This document shows, piece after piece, positions 63,346 through 64,000 of a DNA stretch of 64,000 bases. Source of the stretch: Harriotta raleighana (Eukaryota); the NCBI GenBank assembly GCA_050575255.1, contig JBNZDD010013613.1, positions 1,049,621-1,113,620 of the forward strand, in the 5' to 3' direction. The notes below the pieces were generated by a model that saw nothing but the letters and a program-made list of their open reading frames with translations, had not been told where the DNA came from and made no database searches. How positions within the stretch are numbered: position 1 is the stretch's first letter; each line of letters begins with the position of its first letter. The translations under genes were made by a program, and so were the position numbers.

Positions 63346-64000
63346 TACACTGATGTTAACCTGTACAACACAACATAAAATAAAATTCACATTTATATAG
63401 CGCCTTTCATGTTGCGTGTCTCAAAGCATTACACTGCTGGCTGCCACGTTTGCCTATAAATATAGTCACTACATTTTATAGTACATCCTGTACATCACTT
63501 TATGAAACGTGTAAGATGTTACATCAAATGCTAGGATTGCTATTATTAATAATAATATAATAAATAGGCTATCCTCAGACACAATCCACAGTGAAGAAAG
63601 CTAGGATGTTGCTGACCACATAGGCTTATACTTTATATGGGAATCATTTGACATTTGAAAAGAATATTAAAGAGATGAATGTGAAGTCACTGCACTTAGC
63701 TTTCTGGTTTTGTAATTTAATTTTTGACATAGTTGTCCAAGGCTAGCGCTCAACACTTCGAGGTCCTCTACTAAAGTTATTACTTCAGTATTTTATCTTT
63801 GTTACCTTGTAATGCCACCTCATCATCTCAGATTGCTGTCACATTCGTCACAAGATTTTCCCATACAGTAATTCATGATCCAGATGGACTAGTTCATTAG
63901 AGCAGCATAATGACAACTTGCATTTATATTAATTGATATGAATCAATTGGCTGCCACATTTTGCCCACAAATGTACAGTCAATTCACTTCACAGCATATT

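Overview
Repeat-dense vertebrate genomic DNA from a draft assembly, with no prokaryotic features. The repeat mix suggests a cartilaginous fish, possibly a holocephalan (inference). It includes LINE2 and CR1 fragments, a tRNA-derived SINE with a Deu-type body, and Penelope-like (GIY-YIG) remnants with hammerhead-like motifs. Most ORFs in the supplied track are retroelement debris or chance frames. Elements with clear ends are two oppositely oriented Tc1/mariner(pogo)-type MITEs with TA target duplications, two hAT-type MITEs with degenerate 8-bp target duplications, and a 22-bp minisatellite. No intact gene could be named. A + strand frame ends at 198 and may be the end of a gene. Unique segments between repeats on the - strand (about 62.1 kb down to 1.7 kb) repeatedly carry splice acceptor/donor pairs around nearly open frames. 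The best cluster is 36566-34721, which may be a decayed multi-exon gene. There are 18 single-N junctions, most flanked by direct duplications that are assembly artefacts.
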